Shown here: one piece after another, positions 62,128 through 64,000 of the stretch
Numbering within the stretch: position 1 is the first letter of the stretch
How the letters are laid out: the number at the start of each line of letters is the position of its first letter
DNA from: Bacteroidaceae bacterium
GTDB taxonomy: Bacteria; Bacteroidota; Bacteroidia; Bacteroidales; Bacteroidaceae
NCBI GenBank assembly: GCA_017398805.1
Contig: JAFQEZ010000063.1
Coordinates: 43,472-107,471, forward strand
Length of the DNA stretch: 64,000 bases
Reading direction: 5' to 3'
Notes under the pieces: model-generated
What the model was told of the DNA's origin: nothing
Database searches by the model: none
The model's input: the letters and a program-made list of their open reading frames with translations, nothing else
Program-made: the position numbers and the translations under genes

Positions 62128-64000
62128 ATGCAAAAACGCACATTGACACTTATTCTGTTCCTGTTCACAAGTATTGCCATACTTGCGCAGGGCAATGTGC
62201 GTTCCGACGAAGTACGCAAGGCCGCAAAAGAGAGAAGGGCTGCAGCAAAGGCCGCGAAGGATACGATTCCTGCGCGCTATCCTGTTGCAAAGACATCACC
62301 CGACAACATCAACGACCTGCAGCACCATGCACTCGACCTCAAGAGTCCCGAGAATATTGTAACCGACACCACATACAACGAGAAGGAGAACACATACCTC
62401 ATCAGGACAATGCTTGGGGAAAGTTCCATTCTTGGAACACCTCTTTTGCTCGGCAATGACGAATACTCGAAGTGGCACGAGAAGAAACAGATGCAGAGTT
62501 TCTTCAGGAAAAAGACCAACGAAGAGTGGGAAAATTCAAAGAAGAAGGACAAGTTCGACTTCACGGACATGCATTTCGACCTTGGACCTGCCGAGAAGAT
62601 TTTCGGCCCTGGCGGTGTAAGGATAAAGACACAGGGAAATGCCGAAATGAAAATCGGCTACTCCTTGCAGAGCATCGACAACCCCTCACTCCCCTCGCGT
62701 AGCCGCAATACCAACAGTTTCGACTTTGACGAAAAGATAAACCTCAACATGCGAGGCAGTGTCGGTGACAAGATGAATATGGACTTCAACTACAATACCG
62801 AAGCCACATTCAGTTACGACGCCAAAAAGATAAACCTGAAATATGAGGGCAAGGAGGATGAGATAATCAAGCTGCTTGAGGCAGGAAACGTATCATTCCC
62901 TACAAACTCAAGCCTCATCAAAGGTGCATCGTCACTCTTCGGTATCAGAGCCGACTTCCAGTTCGGAAAACTCTCGTTGCAGACAGTGGTTTCACAGAAG
63001 ACATCAAGCACCAATGTCGTGAACTCAAAGGGAGGAACACAGCTCACCACCTACGAGCTTGAAATCACGAATTACGACGAGAACAAGCACTTTTTTCTCG
63101 CTCACTACTTCCGTGACAACTACGACCGTTCGATGTCGCAGTTGCCCACAGTGCTCTCGGGCGTAACCATAAACCGCATCGAGGTTTGGATAACCAACAA
63201 GACAAGCGACTACAACAATCCGCGCAACATCGTGGCATTCACCGATATAGCCGAAAGCAACCACATAAGCAACCCCTTCTGGAGCAGCAACGGCGGAATG
63301 GCAATTCCACACAACGGAGCAAACAACCTCTATGCACAGTTGAACAGCACCTATGCAGGAATCCGTGACATCGACCAGGTAAACAGCGTCCTGGGCAGCA
63401 TGGAGGGAATAAACGGAGGACTCGATTATGAGAAGCTCTCCAATGCACGCCTGCTCTCATCATCGGAATATACCCTCAACAGCGCACTCGGATTCATCTC
63501 GCTGAAGACTCCGCTTCGTGCCGACGAGGTGCTTGCAGTTGCATACGAGTTCACATACGGTGGACAGACATACCAGGTGGGTGAGTTCTCCAACGATGTC
63601 AAGGACTCAAAGACAACACTCTTCGTCAAGTTGCTGAAACCGAATGCATGTTCACCAAAGAACGGTTGCTGGGACCTTATGATGAAGAACGTCTACTCCC
63701 TTGGAACACGCAACCTCAAGAGCACCGATTTCAAGCTTGACGTATATTACGCCAGCGACAGCCTCGGAACAAACATCACCTACCTGCCGGAGCAGGAACT
63801 CAAGAGCAAGAGTCTGTTGCAACTTATGGGGCTCGACCGTCTCGACAGCAACAACAGCAAGGAGAACCCCAACGGCATATTCGACTTCATCGAAGGATAC
63901 ACCATCGATGCCGCATCGGGCAGAATCTTCTTCCCCTCGGTAGAGCCTTTCGGCAGATACCTAAGAGAGAAAATAGGAAACGATGCGCTTGCCGACAAAT
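62128..64000 (+). CDS. sprA: SprA (T9SS translocon / gliding motility protein), N-terminal part, continues beyond the window
   Basis: Not in the ORF track because there is no stop in the window. Hand translation from the ATG at 62128 is open to nt 64000. It contains SprA-like segments (YEFTYGGQTYQVGEF, GRIFFPSVEPFG). ruvA-sprA synteny is typical of Bacteroidetes. Confidence 0.8.
   Translation, partial: MQKRTLTLILFLFTSIAILAQGNVRSDEVRKAAKERRAAAKAAKDTIPARYPVAKTSPDNINDLQHHALDLKSPENIVTDTTYNEKENTYLIRTMLGESSILGTPLLLGNDEYSKWHEKKQMQSFFRKKTNEEWENSKKKDKFDFTDMHFDLGPAEKIFGPGGVRIKTQGNAEMKIGYSLQSIDNPSLPSRSRNTNSFDFDEKINLNMRGSVGDKMNMDFNYNTEATFSYDAKKINLKYEGKEDEIIKLLEAGNVSFPTNSSLIKGASSLFGIRADFQFGKLSLQTVVSQKTSSTNVVNSKGGTQLTTYELEITNYDENKHFFLAHYFRDNYDRSMSQLPTVLSGVTINRIEVWITNKTSDYNNPRNIVAFTDIAESNHISNPFWSSNGGMAIPHNGANNLYAQLNSTYAGIRDIDQVNSVLGSMEGINGGLDYEKLSNARLLSSSEYTLNSALGFISLKTPLRADEVLAVAYEFTYGGQTYQVGEFSNDVKDSKTTLFVKLLKPNACSPKNGCWDLMMKNVYSLGTRNLKSTDFKLDVYYASDSLGTNITYLPEQELKSKSLLQLMGLDRLDSNNSKENPNGIFDFIEGYTIDAASGRIFFPSVEPFGRYLREKIGNDALADK

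Overview
This window looks like a Bacteroidales chromosome segment. Supporting signs are T9SS C-terminal sorting domains, ruvA-sprA synteny, TAnnTTTG-type promoters, and DUF4250/DUF4491 genes. The GC-richer core carries a TonB-dependent receptor, two BNR/Asp-box T9SS proteins, a CoA-disulfide-reductase fusion, sdaA, an S9 peptidase, rtcB, a NUDIX hydrolase, a GH2 beta-galactosidase, an M23 peptidase, a GH29 fucosidase, cutC, an ABC exporter, ruvA and sprA. Three visibly AT-rich accessory regions interrupt it. (1) nt 1-4434: a 5'-truncated Hsp70/actin-like ATPase, a coiled-coil protein and a membrane-anchored SNase-like/transglutaminase-like protein, next to a tyrosine recombinase. (2) nt 5664-13759: an Eco57I-like Type IIG restriction-modification operon with a second methyltransferase, a DUF2971 protein, a T5orf172 protein and an XRE regulator. 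(3) nt 30674-44565: three related elements of 10.6, 2.85 and 0.46 kb integrated in tandem at the 3' end of tRNA-Leu(UAG). Only the first element encodes recombinases (two serine recombinases). Elements A and B share a backbone with two cargo positions. A holds GmrSD and an AbiL-like ATPase/RloB pair. B holds a TM/zinc-ribbon protein and an NYN nuclease-fold gene preceded by a structured terminator-capped leader RNA. I consider the B cargo, the 75-nt hairpin units at the element ends and the Hsp70-like operon the best candidates for undescribed biology. All calls come from reading motifs by eye; no database search was run.
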